64,000 bases of DNA from Eledone cirrhosa (taxonomy: Eukaryota): assembly GCA_964016885.1 (NCBI GenBank), contig OZ024740.1, positions 223,138,001-223,202,000 of the forward strand. The letters run 5' to 3'. This document shows positions 51,111-64,000 of this stretch, in pieces. The stretch's first letter is position 1, and the number at the start of each line of letters is the position of its first letter. A model generated the notes under the pieces. That model did not search any database. It had not been told where the DNA came from and saw nothing but the letters and a program-made list of their open reading frames with translations. A program made the position numbers and the translations under genes.

Positions 51111-51660
51111 TGTTCAAATTCTTTAATTGCTGACAATCGTTTCTTCCAAACTTTCGTTTGGAATCCTCTTAGTAATAGCAATGTTTGGACATGTAATTAA
51201 TTTCCTATTCAATTGAACAATCATATAGATACATGGATATTAATGTTGTCATCAACAGTTTCGTATTTACAGGGTGGAATGGATGTGACAGAGATTACAA
51301 GAGAATTGTATAATAATAATTAAAGCAGTATAGAGAGACCTATGTTATTTTATATGATACCTTTGCCATGCAGTAATTATATATGCCTGGTACCATTGCT
51401 TGTTTCCTACCTAACTGTCCTGTATATGCCTAACGCATTTTCATACTGCTTTAATTATTATACAATTCTCTTGTAATCTCTCTCACATCCATTCCACCCT
51501 GTAAATACGAAACTGTTGATGACAACATTAATATCTATGTATCTATATGATTGTTCAGTTGAATAGGAAGTTAATTACATGTCCAAACTTTGCTATTGCT
51601 CCGAGGAATCCAAACGAAAGTTTGGAAGAAACGATTGTCAGCAATAAAATGATTTGAACA
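51111..51660. mobile_element. MITE-like foldback element, about 225 bp inverted arms, TA on both sides
   Basis: TA|TGTTCAAAT ... ATTTGAACA|TA; arms about 51111-51335 and 51440-51660 are close reverse complements. Confidence 0.8.
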
Positions 51661-51764
51661 TAATAGTAATAAGGTAGTAATAAATTACTGACCTTTTCTG
51701 TTTATAGTTGTACATAGTGTATATATAACTATAAATAATATATATATATATATATATATATACA

Positions 51765-51806
<42 letters not shown>

Positions 51807-51819
51807 TAGGGATTGTAAC

Positions 51820-53400
51820 ATCAAGTTACTGTTGGTTCACCAAAGTTTCCCCTCAATGCATAGTTTCCAGTATGTACTCTGAGGTTGTACTGAGCAGAGT
51901 GTAATATTAATAATAAATATGGATGAGGTGTACAATTTTCATTAAGGTTTTTCAGGTATGATGCACATTTCGCAATTGATCTGCTCAAGATTTGAACTCT
52001 ATCAATCAGGCCTGACTCTGGAATCAAAAGTTCATCAAACTTTTGTTTCCTTAATGATGGAATGTTTCATGTACTTCATGAAGAATTTGTTTATAATGTT
52101 TAAAATGGATTCTCTCTGCCTTGGGGAGGTTGAAATCTCCCAGCAGTAGTATGCTGAGACTCTGATCCAAATTGATCAGCACTTCTTCAATCCTTCTGAG
52201 ACAATATTCAAACTTCTCCTCATATCTGGGGACATCTGGTGGTATATATGTGACACATATTACCATTTTGAGTTGCTTCACGTGTACTATTAGTGTCACA
52301 GACTGAGTTGGAATGTGACAATAGTAGTAATGATGTGACATCTGCATCAATGTACAAAGCAACTCCACCATGAGTTCTTTCCCCCTTGTGAGTACGAAAT
52401 ACAACAGACTTTGGTATGTGTATTTTCGTATCTGCTAGCTATCAGGTAACTTTCATTCAGTGCCATGTATATTGCTGGTGGCTAGGTTGGGATCTTACAT
52501 ATGTTGCTCAGTTTTACCAGGCCTATGACATTTAGTAGTAGCACTTGTGTGACATATAGTGTGTTAGTGGTGGCCACCCTGGGTCCTTTATTTGTAGTGG
52601 TTGCAAGTGTTGATGTAGTTGAATTTGGCTTTGTATTTGATGAAGCCAAGTCAGCTGTCTCAAAATCTTTTCCACTATTTCTAAAAAGAATATTTTTGTG
52701 AAGCTACAGTCTGTTCTGCTTTTGCATAATGTCTCCTCTACATCAGAGCAGTGCGTGCAGCCTCAGCATGCTTCCTGGCACCCTGTGTACTGTGTTTTCC
52801 AATGTTGGTTTTGGCTAGGGTAGTTGGCATGAGCAGGTTGGGTGCAACTTGCATAGAGTCTGGTTTGTACAAAACTGCAGTGTGTCTCAGCTTTCCCATG
52901 CCAGCAGGTCCATTTCTAGTAGAACTTACAGAATACTTAGGCTTTCCTTTTCCCAGGGTCTCTGTTTTTCTTAGTTCTAGTCTTTGTTACCTCTGGTCAT
53001 GTCTGTTTATTTGTGTTATTGGGTACTTTAGTTTACCTTTTCTGCATCCCAGTGTTTCATTTTCATCTTCTTCACTAATGTTTCCTGCAGTGCAGACCAT
53101 CTCCCTCTCAATGGCTTTCAAATCCTTCCAGGCTTCTGTGGGTACTTTATGTCTCATATTTCTTTCTTTTTTCTCTTCTTTCATCTCTGTGAAAATATGG
53201 CTCAGCTGCTCTATGTGTGGTCGAACAAGCATGTAGGCACAAAACAATTCATTCTTTTTTCACTGTATCTGCACCAGAGTTTCCAGAAAGCCACAGTTCT
53301 GCAGGGTTTCCTTAATTAGTTTGTTGAACGAGAGCCATTAGCTGAATTCCATGTACTGAGTATAATATGTAGATCCTGTAGTTTCCCCTTTTGGTGAGTT
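51820..53400 (-). mobile_element. CR1-group LINE 5' relic (ORF1 remnants plus APE)
   Basis: Minus strand: VLLLNV.GL, ALNESYL, R.HGGVALY, ICVTYIPPD....F..CL..IEEVL.....ILLLGDFNLP. The upstream charged ORF pieces are less certain. Confidence 0.65.
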
Positions 53401-54368
53401 TGGATCTCATCTACCTGACCATTTGTATCTGTATTGTTTTCTATATTTCAATTATAATAATTAATTAAAAATAAAACGAAATACAATTATTATCTCAGAA
53501 AATAAAATAAATTTAAAATATAGTACTCTAAAAATATAATACCTTACCTTAGTGAAAGATAGCAAACAGAACATCAATTACAATATTTCAGTAATCAGTC
53601 AAAAATACAACAAAATACAATTACTATTTTAGAGAATAGAACAAATCAAAGCAGGTTACAATATCTTAGCAACAAATATCAGAAACAATCAAAGTCTTTA
53701 GTGTACGAGAAATAAGATATTCAAAACTGATACATTCTGTGTGTTGTAAACAATTAGAATTTTTACTGTGAAAATCCTTCGACACCAAGAATTACTGAAA
53801 ATATGAAAGAAAAAAAGAGAAGAAAAGGGCAATAGGAATAGAATACAAACATTATTTACCCAGTATTTAAAGTGAAAAACATAAGGATTTATCAGATATA
53901 AAACAAATAAATAGACTTATGCGTTTAGAATAAATAGAGTAAAATGACTTATTGTATTATTGTAGCATGTGCTCAAGTATATATTCCATAAATATCGATG
54001 AAAAAAAACATAGCTTTTTAGAGGATACAGACCATTTTTTCAAAAATTCGGATATGAATAATATTACTATTATTATACACCTATTTTAGGTGTGGCAGGA
54101 TAATGTTAATAAAACTCAATATGCAGCATTTTTCTGAGGAAGATGGGCGTATTGATCTTGAATATTGGCACTAAAAATAGGTGGTGATGTAACCACTGCC
54201 TGGTGTTTGATCATTTGATCAACCATCCTTCTGAAGCGATCGTAAAAGAAACAAATCCTTGCTGAACCCTCATTTGCTGTTCATGATGAGACAATCCATC
54301 ATATATATATATATGTCCCACCCTTGCAAGCAGGGAAAAAGCGGACGTAAAATGAAATGATGATATAT

Positions 54369-55111
54369 ATGAATAAAGTTAGTCCTTCATCAGTGATCTT
54401 CCAACCATCATTGGTATTTCATCGCTTTAAAGACCATATACCTCCGGTTGGTGCGAGCAATGGCTAAAAAAAGTCGTTGGGACACGTAAATAAAGGGGAC
54501 ACGAGAGTGTAAACAAACAAAGATGGTGAAGCAACGAAAAGTGAGGAAGAAAGAGTCAAGTCCCAAATTTCCATGAATATAAGTTCGGTGAAATCGTGAA
54601 CGAGAGAGAATAAAGACCACCAAACCTGGTTGGAATGTGAGCAAGGAAGGAATTCCGTACAGGTCTAACGGGAGGAAGAAGGAATCTAGTCTGTGAATTC
54701 GGTGAACATAAGTTCTGTGAAATCGTAGACGAGAGAGAGAAAAAAGGTGAACCAGCCTGACCAAGCGTGCAAAAGAAAAGAATTACACACAGGTCAAACG
54801 GGAAGAAGGAGGAGGAGGAGAGGTAGTAACAGAGAGTGAGTGAGTGAAGGGTGAGGAAGAGGCTAACGGAGAGAGTGACTTTTAGAGTGGGTAAAGATAC
54901 AGAGAAAGAAGAAGCAGTAAGAACAAAATAGACGGGTCACAGCGGGGGAAAAAAATATGTGTAAATATGAGAATAAACGTGCTGCGTGGTTGCAAATGGG
55001 TTACATATGAATAAAGTTAGTCCTTCATCAGTGATCTTCCAACCATCATTGGTATTTCATCGCTTTAAAGACCATATACCTCCGGTTGGTGCGAGCAACG
55101 GCTAAAAAAAG
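54369..55111 (-). mobile_element. Non-coding A-B-A element with about 105 bp direct terminal repeats (PLE pLTR-like)
   Basis: 54369-54472 is nearly identical to 55007-55110; the internal region has two subrepeats; flanked by TA; a related copy lies at 63295-63450 (+). Confidence 0.7.
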
Positions 55112-55139
55112 ATATATATATATATATATATACATACAT

Positions 55140-55365
55140 ATAAGCTGAAGCATCCAGTCCACAGTGTAAATATATAAGCTGAAGCCTCCAGCCCACACTG
55201 TAAATGTAGTTGGCATTAGGAAGGACATCCAGCCGTAGAAATCAAGCCAAAATCAGCCCTGCATGAGTGAAACATGGTCCTCACACCAGATCTCTCACAA
55301 AGGGACAGCCCGTCCAATCCATGCTGACATGGAAAATAGATGTTAAACAATGATGATGATGATAT
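55140..55365 (+). mobile_element. RTE-tailed SINE-like fragment
   Basis: CCAGCCCACACTGTAAA, GGAAGGACATCCAGCCGTAGAAA, (TGA)n tail. Confidence 0.7.
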
Positions 55366-56511
55366 ATATATATAAATGTCTGGGTATAGAAAGTTGAGAA
55401 ATAGTACTCAATACATACAGTAGAGTTTATTCATTTGAAGCTAATAATTGACTCTATCACAAGTTCAATTTTCTCATTTTTGTACATTCATTCTGGAGTA
55501 AAAGTGATTATTTGAATTATTTGGTATTCAGAATACAGTAAATATCCTTTTTATTTTGCATTGATCAACTTTGTTTAAATGGTACTGTAGAAGATATGAG
55601 ATTGGGGATCAAAGCAGGTTATGCAGGTTATCTGTCTAAATATTATTTGTTATTCATACAATCTAATGTAAAATATTGCTATATTGAAATGTGTACCGAT
55701 ATCTAATTTGAGAAAATGCTTTCATTTTGAGTGCCATTGTTGGATTTTACTGCCCTTAGCTAAAACACATTAAAATTATTCATATTTTTCAAAAATCCTT
55801 AACAGAATACAAGATACATTTTGATAAAATTTACTTTGTACTTTACAATCTAAACTAAAGCATAACAAAACATCTGTGGTAGAGAGAGGATGGGAGGCGA
55901 GGTAAAAGGCATTCCCGTATGTTTCTGGCATCCAATAAGTTAAAACATCTTCCTACATATATCAAAACCATTTCATTAAAGTTCAACTAGTAATAGGATT
56001 AATAGTAATTAATTATCATCAGCATCGTTTCACATCTGCTTTCCTTGCTACCAAGAGTTGGACAGGTCTACATAGATCGAGTTAGTACTGAAGTGAGTCT
56101 ACTGGCCTCCTAAACAGGCCGAGATGTCTGCATCTCAATTGCATAGGAGAAGTTATCATGTCCTTTGACACAAACTGGGGTGTCCTCACTAACCTTTGGT
56201 TGGCAAACTTTCTATAGCTGGATGACTTTACTAAAGCCGACCACCTTACAGCATGGCTGATTGCTTTTATTGTGTAGATCACCAGCACTAGGGAGGTTGT
56301 CATGTCTTTAACACAACTAAAGGTGTCCATCCAACTCCTTGTTTTGTAAACTTTCTATGGCTCGATGCCCTTTCTATCACAACAAATATAGCAATTTGTA
56401 ATTACCATAGATAATTTAGTTTTTAGAGAAAACTCATCAAGATTGAATGAAAAAGTTTTACCTTTTTCCTTCTCTGCATACATTTTCCAATAACAAGGAA
56501 TTTATTTACAG

Positions 56512-56860
56512 ATGGAGGCACATGGCTTAGTGGTTAGAGCATTGGCCTTGCAAGCTAAAGGTTGTGAGTTCAATTCTCAGACCGGGTGATGTGTTGTTTC
56601 CTTGAGCAAGACACTTTATTTCCCATTGCTCCAGTTTACTCAGCTGTAGAAATGAGATGATAAGGACCCCAGTCCCTATCATTCCACTGCAAAGTGGTCA
56701 TGTAGGTGTCACGACAAAAAGCACTCAGCACTCACTGTAAATGAGGTTGGTGTTAGGAAGGGCATCCAGCTGTAGAAATCAAGCCAGAATCAGTTCCCGT
56801 CCCACCCTTGCAAGCAGGGAAAAGCGGACGTAAAATGAAATGATGATGATGATGATGATG
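56512..56860 (+). mobile_element. tRNA-derived SINE (same family as 27992)
   Basis: Near-identical full-length copy. Confidence 0.9.
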
Positions 56861-58744
56861 AAAACCCAACAAATGCATATACTTCAGTTGACATTCAAAT
56901 TCATATTTATCAATCATTGTTTGGCTCTCTATATCAAAAGAATCATCAATTTCTTTCCAGCAATATTTCCCTTATGTCATTTTTTTGTCTCTTCACTAAA
57001 CACTTCATGCTGTTTTTCAATGCAATCTTCATTACTTAACTACTTTTAATGTACAAACAATAACTCACCTTAACTAAATTAACCATCCCTAAGCAATTCT
57101 TACAAAGGCAAATATTGCTGGAGTTTTGAAGCCATTGAAATTATTAGTACTTTCAGGCAAAGCATCCTGAAAATTCCTCTCATAGAGTAGATATAAACTT
57201 TTTCCAATGACTTGTGAATGTTTTCAATTTCCAAACTCCTTGAAGAGTAATAACAACTTCTTTATCTAAGAGTCTAAGAGAAAGCTCTTCAAATATAAGA
57301 GGCATGGTCTATTGCTATTCTTTTATCCATGGAGTGTACACACATTTTTGTATTTGATGGTAAAAGACAAACTGCTCATTAGTAAAAACATCATTAAATG
57401 AGTTAGGGTGCCCAGGATTATAATCAAGAATCAATGGAAATTTGAAAGTTAGATTGCTTTTCTATTACTTTTCATCTTCTGGTCAAATTTTCGAAATTTT
57501 AGTGACCTTTATATTTTTAAACACCTGAAAAATTTGTTTTTTTATCATTTTAAAACCTTTAAGTTCAATCCAATCAAAGGCCTTCTCACTCCTGTTGAGG
57601 GAACCCCTCTCTAGTTGGCCTCCACTGCTTTCTGTTTGGTTTTGGTCATGTCAATGGTGTAGTCATACTCACCAAGCTTGGCCGATTGTGGGCTGGGGAC
57701 GATGGCCATTGAGTCTGAGGAGTTCTTCAGTCATATTAACAGCTCTTGTATTTTGTGCTACTGGAGTTACACTTACCTTTCTCACCAGACCAGAGTCTGG
57801 TGGGGGACACAGTTTAGTCACTGACCACTAGATCATGAAGCAGGTTGTACTGGGTTACATGGTACCAGTAGCAGACAGAATCCTGACCTGACCATCATTC
57901 AATAAATAAGCATCAGCTTTAATTTGAAATGTCTTACTGCCAAGTAACAAGATTTAATTATATTTTAATGATTATAAAAAAGTTCTGATTCTTCACATTT
58001 TGTAACAAATGTTCTTAATGGCAAAATCTTCCAGTTTAATCCATGTTGAAGATTTTACAATCCTCATAATTATATTCTTTAATCCATCATGATTTTTAGC
58101 TGCAGTATCATCATCTGCACTTGTAGCTTCCATCCTCATAAGACATTCGCAACAGATAATTACAACTCCCCCATAGCTGCCATTTCTCTTTGCCTAACAC
58201 TCAATTCCGCGGTTATTACACTTCCATCCTCATCTGCAGAATTTTATATAGCAATAACTTTGTAGCTCCATGTATGTTAGGAGTAATTTGGTATTTATAG
58301 AGACAGTCCTCCCCTCTACAAATAAGCTACATATTCTCAAAAACCATCTGACCAAAGCTGACCACTGAAACATAAGGATGTTTATTGTCTTCATCTCTGT
58401 CTGAATAAACACACACAAACATGATACTTGTGGTGTTTATGGTTATAACATTTTGGACTATTAACCTAAATAGAGAGTATATTTACAATATTTATATGAA
58501 CACTATGTTTCAATCAGTTCAACCTTAGATCATTACCTGGTGTCTTATTTCTGGATATGTGTGTGGTCCCAGATAGGTCTGAATAATCTTAATTATAAAA
58601 ACTTACATCAAACAATAACTCTATATTTTCTGTAAATATCATATATTTCTATTTTACATTGCATATTAGAAAGAAAAAGTTCAATTCCTAGCATGTTACT
58701 TTTAAACTTGTGTATTCTTTTTTTATTATTACAGGCCCTTTATG

Positions 58745-58868
58745 GTCTGAGTTCAAATCCTGCTGAGGTTAACTTTGCCTTTCATCCTTACGGGGTCGAT
58801 AAAATAAAGTACCAGTAATACACTGGGTATTGCTGGCCTTGTGCCAAAAGTAGAAACAATTATTATTA
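58745..58868 (+). mobile_element. Nin/Deu-domain SINE fragment
   Basis: Near-identical to 3538-3655; ends in (ATT)n. Confidence 0.75.
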
Positions 58869-60289
58869 TGGGGATGATAATGATAGCCTCTCCAATTAAA
58901 AAGTATGTATGATCATCAAGTTATTCAATCAAGTGAGTGAGCTACTCATTGCATATGAGTGCAGAGTAGCAATCCACAGAGTAGTGTAGCCTTAACATAA
59001 CACTTTAGAGGAATCAGCATGATACAGGGTGACATAGCTACATTTTTTTAATTAGTGGTATAATCTATCCAACAAGCATCCACATAATTTCCATCTACCC
59101 GATCCCACTCACAAGGCTTTCAGGTGATCCAAGCCAATGGTTAAAGACACCTAATGTACCACAAAGCTGACTGAACATAGGACCTCCTGTTTGCAAAGCA
59201 TACTTTTAAACACTTGGCCATACTAGCATTCATTGAAATAAAGATTCATATATTGAATATTTTTACACAGTAAACACTGTTATTCTTCAATTATATCCTC
59301 GGAGCCTTGAGCTGAATTTTAACTTTACACTATTTTCATGTTATCTTAAACCTTATTTCATTCATTAGCTTCCTAATTACCAATGACTTATGTTTGTAAA
59401 CTTATATTTATTGACAGTATTAATTAATGTTATTTCTTGAAATTTGTGCTTATGTAATAACAACATAGTTAATTAACTTTGAATCAAGAATAGCATAGAG
59501 ACTCCAATCATTCATATGCACAACTTCCTCTCTTTTGAGGCATAAAATATAAATAAGATCAAATTCAAATAAATGGGAAAGTGTTATTTTAATTTCTCTA
59601 CCTGCAGGTTGAAATTTTGAATGGTTGCTTTTTTGTATATTAACGAGCTTGTATTAATGTTTAATCAATATTGCTGAAACTAAATGATTATTCTTTTTTA
59701 AGCAGAAAACACATAGGTCCATGAATATGGTGATTCAATTCATTACAATATTTTTTCTGCTGAAAGGTATTTGTATTATTTTGGGACATGACATGCATTA
59801 AAGGTTATAATTATTAAACAATTAGCATTAACTGAAAGTCAATTTAAAGCACAATTTATTTTCAATACAACCTGAAGTATGTTTTAATAAAACTAGAAGA
59901 TTGAATTGATTACTTTGATTTTAAATCTAAATGTAAATTCAGAAAATAAAAACTGAAACTTCAAATTTTAAACAAATTGAAAATAATGGAGATTTTTTTT
60001 CTTTTCAGAGCTGAAGATATTTTTCATTGGTAATTAGAAAGAGAGGTATTTCATTCTCTTTGCAAAACCTATATAGTTAGTAATATTGATGGAATAAAAT
60101 TCGAAATGACTGACTGCATATTTGAAATGAATAGTTAGGCAAAGTGTTTTAATGTGAAGTCTAGTGATTGCAGCATAATAGAGATGAAGAGGAAAAGAGG
60201 GACAGATGCATCATCAGAAGTGCAGAAGCTGTAGTAATAAATTAAGCAAAAACTGATGATATTTGAAGGGTAATGATTGTACTATGGCA

Positions 60290-60650
60290 GTGAGTATCTG
60301 CACATCAGAAGAATGGATCCTTCTTGGATGTAGTCTAAATATTTGTGTGCAGAAAGTACAGCATATTGGCTATGGAAGTACTCTAATGTAGTTTGTACTT
60401 TATATAGTGTCAGCAATGAATCAGGTCTGATGGACTGTCTGATTCTAAAGAGAAACCTGATTTTGAAATACAAATTTGATAATGGAATATGTGTTGTTAC
60501 CATGAGAAATGGTAGAGTTAAACAGTCACCCGGTTTACCACAACTACCTGGCATTCAGATGGTGTTAGTAAATTCCACAATATTGAAGTTATTCCTCCTT
60601 CACTCCCATCAACCTTAAGAGCCACATAAAGGGTCTTGGGCACTGCACTT
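60290..60650 (-). mobile_element. Decayed L2/Crack-like LINE RT C-terminus
   Basis: FLFRIRQSI.PDSLLTLYKVQ..LEY.......LD.IQ..SI.L resembles L.R.R......LL.LYKAQ.RP.LEY...W......LDRIQ.RA..L. Confidence 0.45.
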
Positions 60651-62004
60651 CTTTCCCTGAATAAACATTAGAAAAAGAAAAACGATTGTGTGTGTTAGCT
60701 TGTGTAGCGATATTGACACTTAGTTATATGCTATTCACACATAGTGATATTTTAGTAAAAGATTATGTTTGATATCTGATCATAAAAAGGGTGTCTTTGA
60801 TATCAATTACCTAGCTGACATTGGATAAACTAGTGTGCAGAAGGATATGAAGTGGAAAGTTGTATCATATTGACAGGAGCCTGAATAATCAGAATTAACA
60901 GCAAATGGAACACAAAATTATAAGCTCTATCAACTGGGAGATATGGGTGCTATGGGTATTTAGGATTTTGATAAAGCTTCTGATGATGCAGCACTGTTAG
61001 TTATGTTAGAAAATGGTTTATAATAGTATTTGACAAGAGAAAGACAGCAGATGCTCTGTGATGTAATTGATAAGTAGGTTGTGTCTAGAGTGTCTGTCAA
61101 TTTGTGTCCTAGATTATTGTCTTATTGTTATTACATTTTATATCCATTTCCTATGATGGCATGGGTTGGATAAGTTGTCACAGTCCAAGACTAGTCAGGC
61201 TGGTGAAACCATCTATCTCGTGCATTCCATATCGGCATAGTTTCTATGGTTGTATGCCCTTCCTAAATCCAACTACTTTACAGATTATGCCAGGTGCATT
61301 TTACTATGGAACCAGCACTATATATATATATGCCTACAACAGTATATAAACAGATATGTACAGTCAGTTCACATCTTATGTGCATTTAGATTGTATAGGG
61401 AGGTAGGTGTAAAAGCCAAACATCATCTTCAATTCGCTATTCATAGCCACCTTACCAAATGGTCATCAATCTTTAGTAAATACAAACACAGAATCATACA
61501 CATTCACTCTAAAATACACACACACACATACACATGTACACACTCACATACATAGAAACAACAGATAACAGCTCCCACATGCACAAAAAAACCCCCAAAG
61601 AACTCATAGACATACACACACACCAGCATGCTGACACAAACAATATAAGACTCTGAGACACTGTGTTAACACACACAGACTGAAGCTATGCACATCTACC
61701 CATTTCAACCCTTTGGCAAACTCACCCATGACACCCCTGTACACTTCACTTCAGCTCCAACCCCGAAGGCCGGACCTGCCACCTACCACCCCCAATCTAT
61801 CAATATTCTCCAAACACCCTTTCCCTAACTTCCTATCCCAACTTTCACGCACTACTTTCATACTCTACCTGTTCTCTCCTAATCCAAACTTTCCTGATTA
61901 AAGATTTCTGTCCGAAACATCAAAACCTCCTCCATTTCCTCCAAGTATGTAGTTAATAATACTTTGTATTTTGCATCCCTGTGTTTGTTTTGTTTCCTTT
62001 AAAG

Positions 62005-62546
62005 ACTTAAAGACTTGGGACGAAGTGATAAAAGCTGACTTTGCCCAATTGCACCTCACAAAAGTGATGACTGAGGACCAGGATCTCTGGTGTTACGCAG
62101 TAATGCAGAAGACCCGACTTCCCATGGGCACAGGCTGAAGATGTAGCATGTGTAAAATATGCACCCACCCACTCCCATACATACATTCACTGAAGCCTCT
62201 AGCCCACACTGTAAAGTAGTCACATATGTATCATGGCAAAAAGCACCCAGTCCACACTGTAAAGTGGATGTGTATGGCAAAAGTGCCAAGCCCACACTGT
62301 AAAGTGGTCATGTAGGCGTCATACGAAAAAAAGCACCCAGTCCATACTCTAAAGTGTGATCCTGTAGGCATCACAACAAAAAGCACCCAGTACTCACTAT
62401 AAATGAGTTTTCAACTGGGAAGGGCATTCAGCTGTAGAAACCAAACCAGTCCTGTATGAATATGACCTGGCATTGCTCACAACACGATAACTCGTCTAGC
62501 CCATGCCAGCATGGAAAAATTGATGTTAAACGGTGATGATGATGAT
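62005..62546 (+). mobile_element. RTE subfamily 2 extreme 3' end with an expanded tandem 3' UTR unit
   Basis: AAGACTTGGGACGAAGTGATAAAAGCTGAC matches 42668-42700; about five CCCAG.CCACACTGTAAAGTGG units; (TGA)n tail. Confidence 0.8.
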
Positions 62547-62587
62547 AAATATATATAACTTGGTTGTCCATCGTAAACGATGATGAC

Positions 62588-62638
<51 letters not shown>

Positions 62639-63038
62639 CACATACACATGTATTTATACGTATATATGTAGGTTTACACACACACATATATATATTTCAC
62701 TCAGATTCATAATACATAATTAAATAAAGAAATAATTGGAAATATTACTTTTTTAACATTCAAAGAACAAAGCTATAATATTTGTTTACAATACATGAAG
62801 TTCCACAAAAACTCTCTTTATAATAACTGTACATCAAGATGTTTGATAATTATATTTAAAATAAAATTAGGTCTGTAGTCAATCTGGCACAACATTGAAA
62901 TACAGAAAATCAAGATTTAAAAAATTGGAATGTTTTCAATCAATTAATGACTTACCAGCTGCATATAAATATAAATAAATACATACATATATACATGTAT
63001 ATATTATATATGTATAAATGTGTGTGTATATATATGTA

Positions 63039-63119
<81 letters not shown>

Positions 63120-63132
63120 ATGTGTGTATATG

Positions 63133-63199
<67 letters not shown>

Positions 63200-63294
63200 A
63201 TATATATATGTGTGTATGTGTATATATATATATATATATACAATATATATATATATAGGTGTGTGTGTGTATATATATATATGTATATATATAT

Positions 63295-63447
63295 TTGTTT
63301 GTTTACTTGTCTCGCTCGTTCCCTCTATTTACGTGTATAAACGACTTTCTTTAGCCGTTGCTCGCACTAACCAGAGGTATATGATCTTTAAAGCGATGAA
63401 ATACCAATGAAGGCTGGAAGATCACTGATGAAGGAATAATTTTATTC

Positions 63448-63450
<3 letters not shown>
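63295..63450 (+). mobile_element. Third copy of the 54369 family terminus between TA tracts
   Basis: TTAGCCGTTGCTCGCAC.AACC.GAGGTATATG.TCTTTAAAGCGATGAAATACCAATGA.GG.TGGAAGATCACTGATGAAGGA. Confidence 0.8.
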
Positions 63451-63507
<57 letters not shown>

Positions 63508-63610
63508 ATAAGAAAAAATTTGAAGACTAAAATCCTAAGAGGGCTCGATAAGGATAAATATATATCAAATATATAAGAACCGTAGAGCAAATATTTAATC
63601 TGTTATTTTA

Positions 63611-63693
<83 letters not shown>

Positions 63694-64000
63694 ATATATA
63701 TATGTGCGTGTATGTATGTATATATATATATTGGAATTAGGAAATGAAAATTGTTTCTCAATTTTAGGAAAGAAACATCACCATGACAAATGTTGCATGT
63801 AATATAACAAGTTTGCATTGTTTTACAGCAGAAGTAATCCGTGCTTGTCACTAATTATATTATCTTGATGTGTTTCGTCAAAATTTAATTCAATATGTCA
63901 TCATATACAAAAGTAACAGAAAGAATAATGTAGTCACAGTGACAAACACATGGGCACAGACACTCGTAACCCCACCCACTCCACATACATATATATATAT

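Noticed and set aside
57069-57167. Minus-strand exon-like segment with good splice signals
   Set aside because: Stops in all three frames and no other support.
58538-58579. 42 nt minus-strand micro-exon candidate
   Set aside because: Weak polypyrimidine tract, unrecognisable peptide and no partner exons.
60978-61022. CTGATGA...GAAA spacing like a hammerhead
   Set aside because: Stems I-III do not pair convincingly.

Overview
AT-rich, CpG-poor animal genomic DNA almost entirely built from microsatellites ((TA)n, (CA)n, (TGA)n, (CAA)n) and transposon relics. The repeat inventory (RTE LINEs with (TGA)n tails, tRNA-headed CORE/Meta-type and Nin/Deu-type SINEs, Penelope-like elements in TA tracts) resembles a cephalopod (octopus-like) genome; this is an inference. 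No host protein-coding exon is confidently identifiable. Recognisable elements: two RTE subfamilies (one near full length, with a PHD-type finger inside the RT C-terminus), a Vingi-like LINE, CRE-type REL fragments, a CR1-like LINE, a Gypsy integrase tail, several MITE-like inverted repeats and two large Penelope-like elements (PLEs). Highlights: (1) a Neptune-type PLE whose RT frame has no ATG before its conserved N-terminal motif and overlaps an upstream ORF at an in-frame T TTT TTA heptamer (candidate -1 frameshift); (2) a Nematis-type PLE carrying a type I hammerhead ribozyme with an unusually long stem II, with a 5' inverted segment that starts about 1 nt from the predicted cleavage site and a near-identical empty site next to it; (3) further intact or broken hammerheads; (4) a SINE that apparently swapped 3' tails between two RTE partners. 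All alignments were done by eye and boundaries are approximate.
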